DNA of 64,000 nt from an uncultured Lysobacterales bacterium (GCA_937924405.1 CALDVW010000029.1:5390-69389); one strand, 5' to 3'. Positions 50,083 to 60,215 are shown, counted from the stretch's first letter. The notes: a model not told the origin generated them from the sequence alone. Translations and numbers: made by a program.

Positions 50083-51264
50083 ATGAACTATCTACGCATG
50101 GAAAACCTGGATCTGGCCGGCAAGCGGGTCTTGATCCGGGAAGACCTCAATGTCCCGGTCAGCAATGGCCGGGTCACTTCCGATGCCCGGATACGGGCTG
50201 CGCTGCCAACCATCCGCCTGGCGCTTGAAAAAGGCGCTGCGGTTATTTTGCTGTCTCATCTGGGACGGCCAGTGGAAGGCGAACCTGATCCCAGGTTTAC
50301 CATGCTGCCTGTGGCGGACCGTCTCGGCGAGTTGCTGGGTCGGGAAGTCCGGCTGGAAACCGACTGGCTCGAAGGCGTGGCTCTTGACCCGGGGGAAGTG
50401 GTTCTGTGCGAAAACGTTCGCTTCAACAGCGGGGAAAAAAGCAACGACGAAATGCTGGCGCGCAAGATGGCCTCGCTGTGCGATGTCTTCGTCATGGATG
50501 CCTTCGGTACTTCTCATCGCGCCCAGGCTTCAACCGAAGGTGTAACACGGTTCGCTCCGGTAGCCTGCGCCGGCCCCCTTCTCAGCGGCGAGCTGGACGC
50601 ACTGCGCCGGGGACTTCATGACCCTGTTCGTCCCCTGCTGGCAATCGTTGGAGGTTCCAAGGTTTCCACCAAGCTGACGGTACTCGATTCACTTCTCGAT
50701 AAAGTTGACGAATTGATCGTTGGGGGTGGAATAGCCAATACCTTCATTGCGGCTTCCGGTTACGAAGTGGGCAAGTCACTTTATGAGCCGGCTCTCATTC
50801 ATGAGGCACAGCTTCTGATCCAGAAAGCCCATGCCAGTGGCGGCTCCATACCCATCCCGAAAGATGTGGTCGTCGCCAGGGCTTTCTCAGAGAACGCGGA
50901 ACCGCTGGTTCGTAACGTCGATGAAGTGGGTCATGATGAAATGATTCTCGATATCGGGCCGCTGACCGCAGTTGAGTACTCCGAGATAATATCCGGTGCT
51001 GGCACGATCATCTGGAACGGGCCCGTCGGTGTTTTCGAATTCAGGCACTTTGCAGCCGGCACGCGAGCCCTGGCAGAAGCAATAGAACGGTCATCGGCCT
51101 ACAGTATCGCTGGAGGTGGAGATACATTGGCCGCAATCGATCAATTCGGTGTGACCGATGACATCAGCTACATATCTACAGGAGGGGGTGCTTTCCTGGA
51201 ATTTGTGGAAGGCAAAATCCTGCCTGCCGTCGCTGCATTGGAGGCCGTTGCAGTTAACAGATGA
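50083..51264 (+). CDS. pgk: Phosphoglycerate kinase
   Basis: ...[12 protein letters not shown]...; ...[14 protein letters not shown]...; ...SIAGGGDT...[10 protein letters not shown]... Confidence 0.95.
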   Translation: MNYLRMENLDLAGKRVLIREDLNVPVSNGRVTSDARIRAALPTIRLALEKGAAVILLSHLGRPVEGEPDPRFTMLPVADRLGELLGREVRLETDWLEGVALDPGEVVLCENVRFNSGEKSNDEMLARKMASLCDVFVMDAFGTSHRAQASTEGVTRFAPVACAGPLLSGELDALRRGLHDPVRPLLAIVGGSKVSTKLTVLDSLLDKVDELIVGGGIANTFIAASGYEVGKSLYEPALIHEAQLLIQKAHASGGSIPIPKDVVVARAFSENAEPLVRNVDEVGHDEMILDIGPLTAVEYSEIISGAGTIIWNGPVGVFEFRHFAAGTRALAEAIERSSAYSIAGGGDTLAAIDQFGVTDDISYISTGGGAFLEFVEGKILPAVAALEAVAVNR

Positions 51265-51318
51265 CCGGCGGGATATCGGCTGGTAGGATACCCGTCTGTC
51301 TTACTCCGGGAGTAACCC

Positions 51319-51933
51319 ATGAATTTCCATATGAACCGGTCTTTGCTACGAACCGCCATAACCATTATCAGCCTGGCGGTATTTCTCGTTGGCTGTGCGC
51401 CCAGCGTCAAAGTCCGCAGTGATTCAGACCCTGGAATTGACATGCGCCAATTCCAGACCTACAACTTTTTCAGCCAAATGGGTATCGAGAGCGACAATTA
51501 CTCGAACCTCCTGGGACAGCATTTCCGTGACGCCATCAGTTCTCAGATGAATTCACGTGGATTCCAGCAGTCCGATGCGCCACAAATCCAGATCAACGTT
51601 TCGGCTGGCGCGAAGGATAAGGTCAGGGTGAACACCTATCAAGATCCGTATCTGCATGGTGGTTATTATGGCCGCGGCGGCTATGGGTACGGCGGCTATT
51701 ATGGCAGTCCATGGGGCTATGGCGGCAGTACGCGTACAACTGTTCATCAATACACCGAAGCCAACATATACATAGACATTGTGGATTCGACTGAGCACAA
51801 AATGGTCTGGCAGGGTGTCGCGACGTTCACTGTGACTGACAAGATGCAGGAGCAGCTCCGTGAGACGGTGTACAACACGGTCGACAAGGTATTCTCGCAA
51901 TTCCCGATCGCTGCGCCGTCCGGATCCGACTGA
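51319..51933 (+). CDS. DUF4136-like lipoprotein with a Gly/Tyr-rich insert
   Basis: Lipobox LVGC. The pattern ...VKVRSDSDPGIDMRQFQTYNFF... resembles the DUF4136 N-terminus. Low-complexity stretch GGYYGRGGYGYGGYYGSPWGYGG at about nt 51658-51730. Confidence 0.6.
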   Translation: MNFHMNRSLLRTAITIISLAVFLVGCAPSVKVRSDSDPGIDMRQFQTYNFFSQMGIESDNYSNLLGQHFRDAISSQMNSRGFQQSDAPQIQINVSAGAKDKVRVNTYQDPYLHGGYYGRGGYGYGGYYGSPWGYGGSTRTTVHQYTEANIYIDIVDSTEHKMVWQGVATFTVTDKMQEQLRETVYNTVDKVFSQFPIAAPSGSD

Positions 51934-51938
51934 AACAC

Positions 51939-52544
51939 ATGAGTCAATTTGAAATGAGGTGCTACAGGCATCGCGGAGCACTTGCCGCACTTGCCGTTTT
52001 GGGCCTGTTGCTGATCACCGCTTGCTCCTCGGGGATCGCGGTGCGCAGTGACATCGATCCGAAAGCGGATTTCAGCCAATACAAAACCTGGAATTTCTTT
52101 GATCAACTGGGCATTGAGGGTGGCTATAACTCTCCCATATTCGGGGAGCATTTTCGCGCTGCCATCACTCGGGAAATGAACCAGCGCGGATACCGGATGG
52201 CCGATAATCCGGACCTGCTGGTCAATGTCACCATTCAATCAGATGAAAAGGTCAGGATGTCCACTTATACAACGCCCTATATGAGCGGCGCCTATTATGC
52301 GCGACCCGGAGGTGCGCAATACGGTTCTGCCCTGGGTGTGGGGGTTGGAGTGGGTAGCCGGGCCACCAAGACAACGGAAGCATCCGTGTTTATTGATCTG
52401 GTGGATAATCAAAGAGACCGTATGAGTTGGCAGGGCGTGGCGGTCATCGATGCCAACGACAAGGTGGCTCAGCAACTTCGCGACGCCATATATACGGCCG
52501 TCAACGTCGTTTTCGAACAATACCCACATACCGCCGGGCGCTAA
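51939..52544 (+). CDS. DUF4136-like lipoprotein, paralog of the preceding gene
   Basis: Lipobox ITAC. ...IAVRSDIDPKADFSQYKTWNFF... and the shared C-terminal pattern ...M.WQGVA... match the upstream paralog. Confidence 0.6.
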   Translation: MSQFEMRCYRHRGALAALAVLGLLLITACSSGIAVRSDIDPKADFSQYKTWNFFDQLGIEGGYNSPIFGEHFRAAITREMNQRGYRMADNPDLLVNVTIQSDEKVRMSTYTTPYMSGAYYARPGGAQYGSALGVGVGVGSRATKTTEASVFIDLVDNQRDRMSWQGVAVIDANDKVAQQLRDAIYTAVNVVFEQYPHTAGR

Positions 52545-52675
52545 CCCCCCTCGATATAACAGGAGATACATTCATTCTTCCGGCAGGCCGATGGAGGCAG
52601 CTGGACGGGTGGGTTTTAATCGCCTTCAGCAAATTGATACGTAATCCGCCATGAATAGCCTTTATAATCGCCGCC

Positions 52676-54157
52676 ATGAATAGTGAAATCCATAATTCGG
52701 CCAGCCACCGGCGCCGGACAAAAATCATAGCCACGCTGGGTCCTGCGACTGATGAGCCGGAAGTTCTGGAAGGTATGATCAGGGCAGGCGTGGATGTGTT
52801 CCGCCTGAATGTGTCGCATGGTGATGCGGTCGATCATGAGAAAAGGGCGGGGCTTGTGCGCAAAGCTGCCCGTAAACTGCGCTGGCAGGTCGCTCTCCTG
52901 GTGGATTTGCAGGGGCCGAAAATCCGTGTTGAAAAATTCCGCAATGGCAGTGTCGTGCTGACAGCCGGTAGTCATTTCACCCTGGACGCCGGTGATCCAT
53001 CGGTAATCGGTGACCAGCACAGGGTAGGTGTCAGTTACCAGGGGCTGCCAAATGATGTCAGTACCGGGGATGTGTTGCTCCTGGATGACGGACTTATTTC
53101 AATGCAGGTCCAATCGGTCCATGACGGGCAGGTTAATTGTCTGGTTGAACAAGGCGGTACGCTGAGGAACCGTAAAGGGCTGAATCTCAAGGGTGGTGGC
53201 CTGTCAATTTCCGGCTTGGCCAAACATGATCTGCCGAACATAGAGCTGGCGGCGAAGGTAGGCGCAGATTACGTGGCCGTTTCGTTCGTAAGCAATGCCG
53301 GTGATATCGTCAGGGCCCGGGAATTGCTCCGCAAGGCAGGCAGCGAAGCGGCCCTGGTAGCGAAGATTGAAAGAATGGAAGGGATCGATAATCTGAAGGA
53401 AATCTGTGAAGTAACCGATGCAGTGATGGTCGCAAGAGGCGACCTCGGTGTTGAAATTGGTGACGAGGAATTGCCCGGATTACAGAAATGGATAATCCGG
53501 ACTGCGTTGAAACGTAACCGGATCGTGGCGACCGCTACCCAGATGATGCAATCGATGATCGAAAATCCGATTCCCACCCGGGCCGAGGTGCTGGATGTGG
53601 CCAATGCGGTGCTTGACGGTACCGATGCGGTCATGCTCTCTGCCGAAACGGCTGTGGGTAAACACCCGGTAAAAGTCATTGAGGCGATGAACAGGATCTG
53701 CCTGGGCGCCGAACGGCATTTTGAACGTGAAGGTGACATCAAGCATCTCAATGTCAGGTTCGAACGGATTGACCAGGCGATCGCCATGGCCGCCATGTAC
53801 ATGGCTACCAATGTATCTGTCCAGGCGATCGTGGCATTGACCGAATCCGGATCGACGGCGCAATGGCTGTCGAGAGTTCAGTCTGCGGTTCCGATTTATG
53901 CATTTTCCAGGAGCGCCGCGAGCAGACGCCGTATGGCCATGTTTCGTGATGTATTTCCGGTAAAGCAGGAATCTGCCAGCCACGACACGGATGAAGTGGT
54001 GGCGGAAGTTCTGCGAACCCTGCTGGCGCACGGGGCAGTTTCAGAAAATGACCGGATCATCGTGACCATGGGAGACCTCATGCGTAATCCGGGTGGTACC
54101 AACACCTTCCGGTTCATCAAGCTCGACGCCGAGGGACAGGCCCGTTACGGGCTTTGA
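52676..54157 (+). CDS. pyk: Pyruvate kinase
   Basis: ...RRTKIIATLGPAT...; ...FRLNVSHG...; ...MVARGDLGVEI...; ...ATQMMQSMI..P.PTRAEV.DVANAVLDGTDAVMLS.ET..G. Confidence 0.93.
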   Translation: MNSEIHNSASHRRRTKIIATLGPATDEPEVLEGMIRAGVDVFRLNVSHGDAVDHEKRAGLVRKAARKLRWQVALLVDLQGPKIRVEKFRNGSVVLTAGSHFTLDAGDPSVIGDQHRVGVSYQGLPNDVSTGDVLLLDDGLISMQVQSVHDGQVNCLVEQGGTLRNRKGLNLKGGGLSISGLAKHDLPNIELAAKVGADYVAVSFVSNAGDIVRARELLRKAGSEAALVAKIERMEGIDNLKEICEVTDAVMVARGDLGVEIGDEELPGLQKWIIRTALKRNRIVATATQMMQSMIENPIPTRAEVLDVANAVLDGTDAVMLSAETAVGKHPVKVIEAMNRICLGAERHFEREGDIKHLNVRFERIDQAIAMAAMYMATNVSVQAIVALTESGSTAQWLSRVQSAVPIYAFSRSAASRRRMAMFRDVFPVKQESASHDTDEVVAEVLRTLLAHGAVSENDRIIVTMGDLMRNPGGTNTFRFIKLDAEGQARYGL

Positions 54158-54166
54158 GGGTAAGTA

Positions 54167-56839
54167 ATGAATCAAAAAACAGACAAAACGCTGCAGGAAA
54201 CGGATGCTCTGGAGACCCAGGAGTGGTTGGAGTCCCTGCAGGCTGTAATCGAAAGTGAAGGGCCTGAGCGGGCGCACTTTCTTATCGAGCAACTGGTCGA
54301 TTTTACGCGTCGCTCAGGCGGCTATCTTCCATACAAGACCACAACTGCGTATATCAATACAATTCCCCCGCATTTGGGTGCGCGCCATCCGGGCAATGTG
54401 GAACTTGAGTACAGGATTCGGTCGATCATCCGGTGGAATGCCATGGCCACAGTTATCAGGGCTGGTAAACGAGGTGGTGAGTTGGGCGGACATATCGCCA
54501 GTTTTGCTTCGGCTGCAAGTTTGTATGATGTCGGGTTTAACCACTTTTTCCGGGGCCCTGATCATCCGGGCGGAGGAGACCTGGTATTTATCCAGGGCCA
54601 CTCATCACCCGGTATATATGCCCGTTCATTTCTTGAAGGGCGGATCACGGCCGAGCAACTGGATCGATTCCGCCAGGAATCTGATGGAAACGGTCTGAGT
54701 TCCTATCCCCACCCGTGGCTGATGCCGGAATATTGGCAGTTACCGACTGTTTCAATGGGCCTTGGCCCGATCATGGCCATCTACCAGGCGCGATTCCTGA
54801 AATATCTGCATCATCGGGGTCTGGCCGACACTTCAGACCGTAAAGTCTGGTGTTTCATGGGTGATGGCGAATCCGACGAGCCCGAATCTCTGGGTGCGAT
54901 CTCGCTGGCCGGGCGCGAAAAACTGGATAACCTGATTTTCGTGGTTAATTGCAACCTGCAGAGACTCGATGGACCGGTGCGTGGAAACGGAAAGATCATC
55001 CAGGAACTCGAGGGGGTATTCCGCGGAGCGGGATGGCGCGTGATCAAAGTAATCTGGGGTTCGTATTGGGACAAACTTTTCGCCAAGGACAAGGACGGAT
55101 TACTGCGCAAACGCATGGAAGAGGCGGTTGACGGCGAGTATCAAAACTACAAAGCAAAGGGTGGCGCCTACACTCGAGAGCATTTTTTCGGCAAGTACCC
55201 GGAATTGCGGGAAATGGTTGCGACCATGACCGACCAGGATATCTGGCGGCTTAATCGGGGCGGACACGATCCGCATAAGATTTATGCGGCTTACAGTTCA
55301 GCGGTCGCCTCTCCAGAACAACCCACCGTCATTCTGGCCAAGACGGTGAAAGGATACGGAATGGGTGAAGCTGGCGAAGCGCAGAACATCACCCACCAGC
55401 AAAAAAAGATGGATTTGGATTCGATCAGGCAGTTCAGGGACCGGTTTGGCGTGCCTGTTCCAGATGAAGAACTTGACAGCGTGCCCTATTACCATCCGGG
55501 CGAAGAAAGTGACGAAGTCAGGTACCTGAAGGAACGCCGGGAGGCCCTGGGTGGTTTCCTGCCGCAGCGCCGTATGCAGGACGGTTCAATCGAAGCGCCC
55601 GCCCTGGATACTTTCGAGCCGCTGATAAAGTCTTCCGGTGAACGGGAGATCAGTACCACAATGGCTTTCGTCCGGGCTCTTTCGATCCTTTTGCGCGACA
55701 AGAACCTGGCGCAACGGGTCGTTCCTATCGTGGCAGACGAGGCTCGGACCTTCGGCATGGAGGGCATGTTCCGTCAACTGGGAATATGGTCTGCTGTTGG
55801 TCAGCTGTACACGCCGGTAGATTCCGATCAGTTGATGTTCTACAAGGAAGACGAGAAAGGTCAGATCCTGCAGGAGGGAATTACCGAAGCCGGTGCGATG
55901 TCTTCGTGGATTGCCGCGGCCACGAGTTACTCAGCTTCCGGCGTCACGATGATTCCATTCTTCATTTTTTACTCCATGTTCGGCTTTCAGCGCGTGGGCG
56001 ATCTCGCCTGGGCCGCCGGCGATATGAGAGCAAGAGGGTTTCTGATCGGGGGGACTGCGGGCAGAACGACCCTGAACGGGGAAGGGCTGCAACATGAGGA
56101 CGGCAACAGCCACATGATGTCCGCCATGGTGCCGAATTGCATTTCCTATGACCCAACGTTTTCTTTCGAATTAGCTGTGATCCTGCAGGACGGCATGCGG
56201 CGCATGTACCAGGATGGGCAGGATGTCTTCTACTACATCACCGTGGAAAATGAAAACTACACGCACCCGGACATGCCCGAGGATGCTGAAGAGGGTATCC
56301 GTAAAGGCCTTTACCTGTTCAACCAGGGCCCGGATGGACCGAAAAAAGTCCAGCTAATGGGTTCCGGCGCAATTCTTCGCGAAGTGATTGCCGCCGGCAA
56401 TATCCTGGAGCAGGAATTCGGTGTCCTTTCCGATATTTGGAGTGCAACCAGCTTCTCGGAATTACGGCGAGACGGCGTGGACTGTGCTCGGTGGAATCGC
56501 CTGAATCCTGAAAAAGAACCGAGAATTCCCTGGGTGACCGCCTGCCTGCGTGATCGTGCGGGCCCGGTGATCGCCGCGTCTGACTATGTGCGGGCGTTTG
56601 CGGATCAGGTTCGTGGCTTCCTGCCGCAGGAAGACTATATTGTGCTGGGCACGGATGGTTTTGGGCGGTCGGACACGCGGGAAAAACTGCGCAGTTTCTT
56701 TGAAGTGGATCGATTCAACATAGCGTATGCGGCTTTGTACGCTTTGTACCGCCAGGGCCTGGTCAGCATGTCTGAATTGCTGGACGCAAGGAAAAACCTG
56801 GGTATCGATCCTGAAAAAGTAAACCCGGTGTCGGTGTGA
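54167..56839 (+). CDS. aceE: Pyruvate dehydrogenase E1 component (homodimeric type)
   Basis: 890 aa; ...ETQEWLESL..V...GP.RAHFL...; ...GGH.ASFASAA.LY.VGFNHFFRG...; ...GDGE.DEPES.GA... Confidence 0.95.
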   Translation: MNQKTDKTLQETDALETQEWLESLQAVIESEGPERAHFLIEQLVDFTRRSGGYLPYKTTTAYINTIPPHLGARHPGNVELEYRIRSIIRWNAMATVIRAGKRGGELGGHIASFASAASLYDVGFNHFFRGPDHPGGGDLVFIQGHSSPGIYARSFLEGRITAEQLDRFRQESDGNGLSSYPHPWLMPEYWQLPTVSMGLGPIMAIYQARFLKYLHHRGLADTSDRKVWCFMGDGESDEPESLGAISLAGREKLDNLIFVVNCNLQRLDGPVRGNGKIIQELEGVFRGAGWRVIKVIWGSYWDKLFAKDKDGLLRKRMEEAVDGEYQNYKAKGGAYTREHFFGKYPELREMVATMTDQDIWRLNRGGHDPHKIYAAYSSAVASPEQPTVILAKTVKGYGMGEAGEAQNITHQQKKMDLDSIRQFRDRFGVPVPDEELDSVPYYHPGEESDEVRYLKERREALGGFLPQRRMQDGSIEAPALDTFEPLIKSSGEREISTTMAFVRALSILLRDKNLAQRVVPIVADEARTFGMEGMFRQLGIWSAVGQLYTPVDSDQLMFYKEDEKGQILQEGITEAGAMSSWIAAATSYSASGVTMIPFFIFYSMFGFQRVGDLAWAAGDMRARGFLIGGTAGRTTLNGEGLQHEDGNSHMMSAMVPNCISYDPTFSFELAVILQDGMRRMYQDGQDVFYYITVENENYTHPDMPEDAEEGIRKGLYLFNQGPDGPKKVQLMGSGAILREVIAAGNILEQEFGVLSDIWSATSFSELRRDGVDCARWNRLNPEKEPRIPWVTACLRDRAGPVIAASDYVRAFADQVRGFLPQEDYIVLGTDGFGRSDTREKLRSFFEVDRFNIAYAALYALYRQGLVSMSELLDARKNLGIDPEKVNPVSV

Positions 56840-56866
56840 CAGCCATACTTTGGGCCGGAGCGGAAT

Positions 56867-58222
56867 GTGAGTAACACGATAGAAATCAAAGTTCCGGATA
56901 TTGGTGACTTCAGCAATATCCCTGTTATCGAAGTATTGGTGTCCGAAGGCGACAAGATCGACGCCGAGGCCGGGCTGGTTACCCTGGAAAGCGACAAGGC
57001 GACCATGGAAGTGCCGTCACCTGCAGCAGGCGTAATCCGGGAGTTGAAACTGCAGCTGGACGATACGGTTTCGGAGGGCGACGTTGTAGCGATTCTTGAA
57101 GTATCCGGGGAATCTGACGAAGCAGAGGAAGCCAGTTCATCCGGCGATGGAGATTCAGTCGAGGCAGTGCCCCAGTCACCCCCGCAGAAGGCGGCTGAGC
57201 CGGTAGCAGAGGAGTCTGAGCCGCCGGCCCCCAGCGCGGACATCGAGCAGGAAAGCCCGCCACCTGCGGAGCGCTTGAGCGGCACTGCAGCGGTGGATCC
57301 GGCCAGGGTGCCTTATGCCAGTCCTGCCATCCGCAAATTTGCCCGTGAATTGGGTGTGGACCTTGGCCGTGTAAAAGGCAGCGGCAACAAGGGCCGAATT
57401 GTACGCGAAGATGTGTCCGCTTTCGTCAAGTCAGTTATGAGCGGCGCCGTCGAGACGGGTTCGTCGTCCATCGGCGGGCTCAGGTTGAATTTTCCCAAAT
57501 TGCCGGATTTCGACTTCAGCCGTTATGGCGGAACAGAAAAACAGCCCCTGACAAAGATCCAGAAAATATCGGCAGCTCATCTGCATCGTAACTGGATTGG
57601 AATTCCACACGTCACGCAGAACGACGAGGCGGATATCACGGACATGGAAGCGTTTCGCCAGGCCAACGCCGCCGAGGCTGTCGAACAGGGCTTCAAACTT
57701 ACCCCGCTGGTTTTTTTGATCAAGGCCCTGGTAGCCGCTTTGAAAAAATATCCAACATTCAATTCGTCGCTGGACTCCGATGGTGAATCACTGATTCTGA
57801 AGAAGTATTTCAATGTTGGAATAGCAGTAGATACACCTGATGGCCTGGTGGTTCCGGTGCTTCGCGAATGCGAGCGAAAGGGGATCATGGAACTCGCTGC
57901 AGAACTGGGAGAAATCAGTGCTCGTGCGCGTGATAAAAAGCTGACGCCGCAGGATATCCAGGGAGGCTGTATTTCAATTTCCAGTCTTGGAGGGATAGGC
58001 GGAACCAGCTTTACGCCGATTATCAATGCCCCCGAGGTTGCGATACTCGGTGTTTCGCGCTCGAAAATGAGCCCCGTGTGGGATGGAAATGAATTCAGGC
58101 CCCGCTTAATGCTGCCGCTGTCCCTGTCCTATGATCACCGGGTTATCGATGGCGCGGAGGCAGCCAGGTTTTGCCGCTACGTGGCCAGCAGGCTGGAAGA
58201 CCTGCGAAGGCTGACACTTTAA
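56867..58222 (+). CDS. aceF: Dihydrolipoamide acetyltransferase (PDH E2) with a single lipoyl domain
   Basis: GTG start; lipoyl motif ...LVTLESDKATMEVPSP...; E3-binding ...ASPAIRKFARELGVDL...; catalytic ...SLSYDHRVIDGA... Confidence 0.92.
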   Translation: MSNTIEIKVPDIGDFSNIPVIEVLVSEGDKIDAEAGLVTLESDKATMEVPSPAAGVIRELKLQLDDTVSEGDVVAILEVSGESDEAEEASSSGDGDSVEAVPQSPPQKAAEPVAEESEPPAPSADIEQESPPPAERLSGTAAVDPARVPYASPAIRKFARELGVDLGRVKGSGNKGRIVREDVSAFVKSVMSGAVETGSSSIGGLRLNFPKLPDFDFSRYGGTEKQPLTKIQKISAAHLHRNWIGIPHVTQNDEADITDMEAFRQANAAEAVEQGFKLTPLVFLIKALVAALKKYPTFNSSLDSDGESLILKKYFNVGIAVDTPDGLVVPVLRECERKGIMELAAELGEISARARDKKLTPQDIQGGCISISSLGGIGGTSFTPIINAPEVAILGVSRSKMSPVWDGNEFRPRLMLPLSLSYDHRVIDGAEAARFCRYVASRLEDLRRLTL

Positions 58223-58237
58223 AGCGGGTTTCTGTAT

Positions 58238-58756
58238 ATGGACCATCAAAATTTGGGTGATCGGCCACAGTCAAGCACTGGAAAACGCCTCGCCTGGCTT
58301 GCGGTCATTGGATTAATGATCGGCCTCACGGCTTTTTACCAGGCGGTGACGAGACGGGGCGGAGGCATCATCGAGAGTCTCAATGAAAATGGCCGTGCCA
58401 TGGTCGTGCTGCAACGGGACCGATCCGGTCATTATCTCGCGCAAGGTGAAATTAACGGCTTGCCCGTGCATTTCCTGGTTGATACCGGGGCAACGGATGT
58501 GGCGGTCTCGGAAAAACTGGCCCGCTCAATGGGCCTTGAGTTTGGGCCGCGGGTTACCGTGATGACGGCCGCAGGCCCGGCCGCTGCCTGGAAAACACGG
58601 CTGCGGAGCGTAAACCTTGGCTCGTTGGCGCTGGATAATGTTCGTGCAACGATAACACCAGGGCTGGGCAGGGAGGTTTTGCTTGGAATGAGTTTCCTGC
58701 AATATTTCAGTCTGAGACAGGAAGGCGATCGGCTGATGATAGAGAAAAGCGAGTGA
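58238..58756 (+). CDS. Membrane-anchored retropepsin-like (clan AA) aspartic protease
   Basis: 172 aa with one N-terminal TM segment, then ...GLPVHFLVDTGATDVAVSEKLA... (D-T-G-A active-site motif) and ...LLGMSFL... Confidence 0.7.
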   Translation: MDHQNLGDRPQSSTGKRLAWLAVIGLMIGLTAFYQAVTRRGGGIIESLNENGRAMVVLQRDRSGHYLAQGEINGLPVHFLVDTGATDVAVSEKLARSMGLEFGPRVTVMTAAGPAAAWKTRLRSVNLGSLALDNVRATITPGLGREVLLGMSFLQYFSLRQEGDRLMIEKSE

Positions 58757-58778
58757 CAGCAACAGACGGGATTCTGAT

Positions 58779-60191
58779 ATGAGCGACGTGGATTTTGATG
58801 TGGTGGTGCTCGGTGCCGGTCCGGGTGGTTACACGGCGGCGTTCCGTGCAGCTGACCTCGGCCTGCGGGTGGGGTTGGTGGAACGATACCCTGCATTGGG
58901 CGGCGTGTGCCTGAATGTAGGCTGCATCCCGTCCAAGGCCCTTTTGCATACCGCCAATATCATCGAAGAGGCCGCGGCCATGGAGCAGCACGGCGTGAGC
59001 TTCGGTCAACCCGCGGTAGACATTGACAAATTGCGGGGTTTTAAAGAAAGCGTGGTCGGCAAACTCACTGGTGGCCTGGCTGGCATGGCGAAGCAACGAA
59101 AGGTGGAAGTGATTCAGGGTTCGGGTTCCTTTGCAGGGCCGGATGAGCTGGTAGTGAAAACAGAAGGCGGCGAGCGAAAGCTGAGCTTTGCCCATGCGAT
59201 TATCGCGGTGGGTTCCGAGTCCCTTGAACTGGGTCGAATGCCCTGGGGAGATCCCCGGTTGATGGATTCGACCGGCGCATTGGAGTTGGAGGAAATACCG
59301 CAGCGGCTGCTGGTCATTGGAGGCGGCATCATAGGTCTTGAAATGGCCTGCGTCTACCGGGCGCTGGGCAGTGATATTACTCTCTGCGAACTGACGCCCA
59401 CGCTGATGCCAGGAACCGATCCGGACCTGGTCAAACCCTTGCAGCGACGGATCGGGAAACAGTACAAAAACATTCATCTCGAAACGGCTGTCGTCCAGAT
59501 CGATGTAGCTGACGATGCACTGGTTGCGCATTTCGAAGGCAAACACAATGGCAAGGAGAAGTTCGATCGTGTTCTGGTAGCCGTTGGCAGAACACCCAAT
59601 GGTGGAAAGATCAATGCGGCAGCTGCGGGAGTCGAGGTCACGGCCCGGGGATTTATTCCCACGGATAAGCAGATGCGCACCAACGTGCCACATATTTTTG
59701 CGATTGGCGACGTTGTCGGCCAGCCGATGCTGGCGCACAAGGCGACCCACGAAGGCAAGGTTGCAGCCGAGGTATGCGCCGGCGAAAAAAGTGCATTCGA
59801 AGCGCGGGTCATTCCATCTGTCGCCTATACCGACCCTGAGATTGCCTGGGTCGGAGTGACTGAAAGTGAAGCAAAGGAAAGCGGTCAGGAATACGGGGTT
59901 GGCAGGTTTCCGCTAGCGGCAAGTGGGCGGGCGCTGGGCATCGACCGTACCGAGGGTTTTACCAAGTTGTTGTTCGACCAGGCGACGAAACGAATTATCG
60001 GGGCAGGAATCACGGGACCCAACGCGGGCGACCTGATAGCGGAATGCGCCCTGGCGATTGAAATGGGGGCTGAGGCTGAGGATATCGGCTTGACCATTCA
60101 TCCTCATCCGACGCTTTCAGAAAGTGTGGCGATGGCGGCAGAAGTGTTCGAAGGCACGGTGACCGACCTGTATATTCCCCGCAAGAAGTAG
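58779..60191 (+). CDS. lpdA: Dihydrolipoyl dehydrogenase (E3)
   Basis: ...VVVLGAGPGGYTAAFRAA...GGVCLNVGCIPSKALL... is the redox-active disulfide; C-terminal ...HPHPTLSE... Confidence 0.95.
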   Translation: MSDVDFDVVVLGAGPGGYTAAFRAADLGLRVGLVERYPALGGVCLNVGCIPSKALLHTANIIEEAAAMEQHGVSFGQPAVDIDKLRGFKESVVGKLTGGLAGMAKQRKVEVIQGSGSFAGPDELVVKTEGGERKLSFAHAIIAVGSESLELGRMPWGDPRLMDSTGALELEEIPQRLLVIGGGIIGLEMACVYRALGSDITLCELTPTLMPGTDPDLVKPLQRRIGKQYKNIHLETAVVQIDVADDALVAHFEGKHNGKEKFDRVLVAVGRTPNGGKINAAAAGVEVTARGFIPTDKQMRTNVPHIFAIGDVVGQPMLAHKATHEGKVAAEVCAGEKSAFEARVIPSVAYTDPEIAWVGVTESEAKESGQEYGVGRFPLAASGRALGIDRTEGFTKLLFDQATKRIIGAGITGPNAGDLIAECALAIEMGAEAEDIGLTIHPHPTLSESVAMAAEVFEGTVTDLYIPRKK

Positions 60192-60215
60192 CTCAGTGGA
60201 AGTTGCCCCCCACCA

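Noticed and set aside
58707-59750. 347-aa ORF antisense to lpdA
   Set aside because: Shadow ORF opposite an unmistakable dihydrolipoyl dehydrogenase gene, with no motifs or start-site support. The antisense ORFs at 16085-17065 (opposite pckG), 27971-28828 (opposite GTPase A), 20949-21641 (opposite sigma/anti-sigma), 47151-47876 (opposite tkt) and 53269-54031 (opposite pyk) were rejected for the same reasons.
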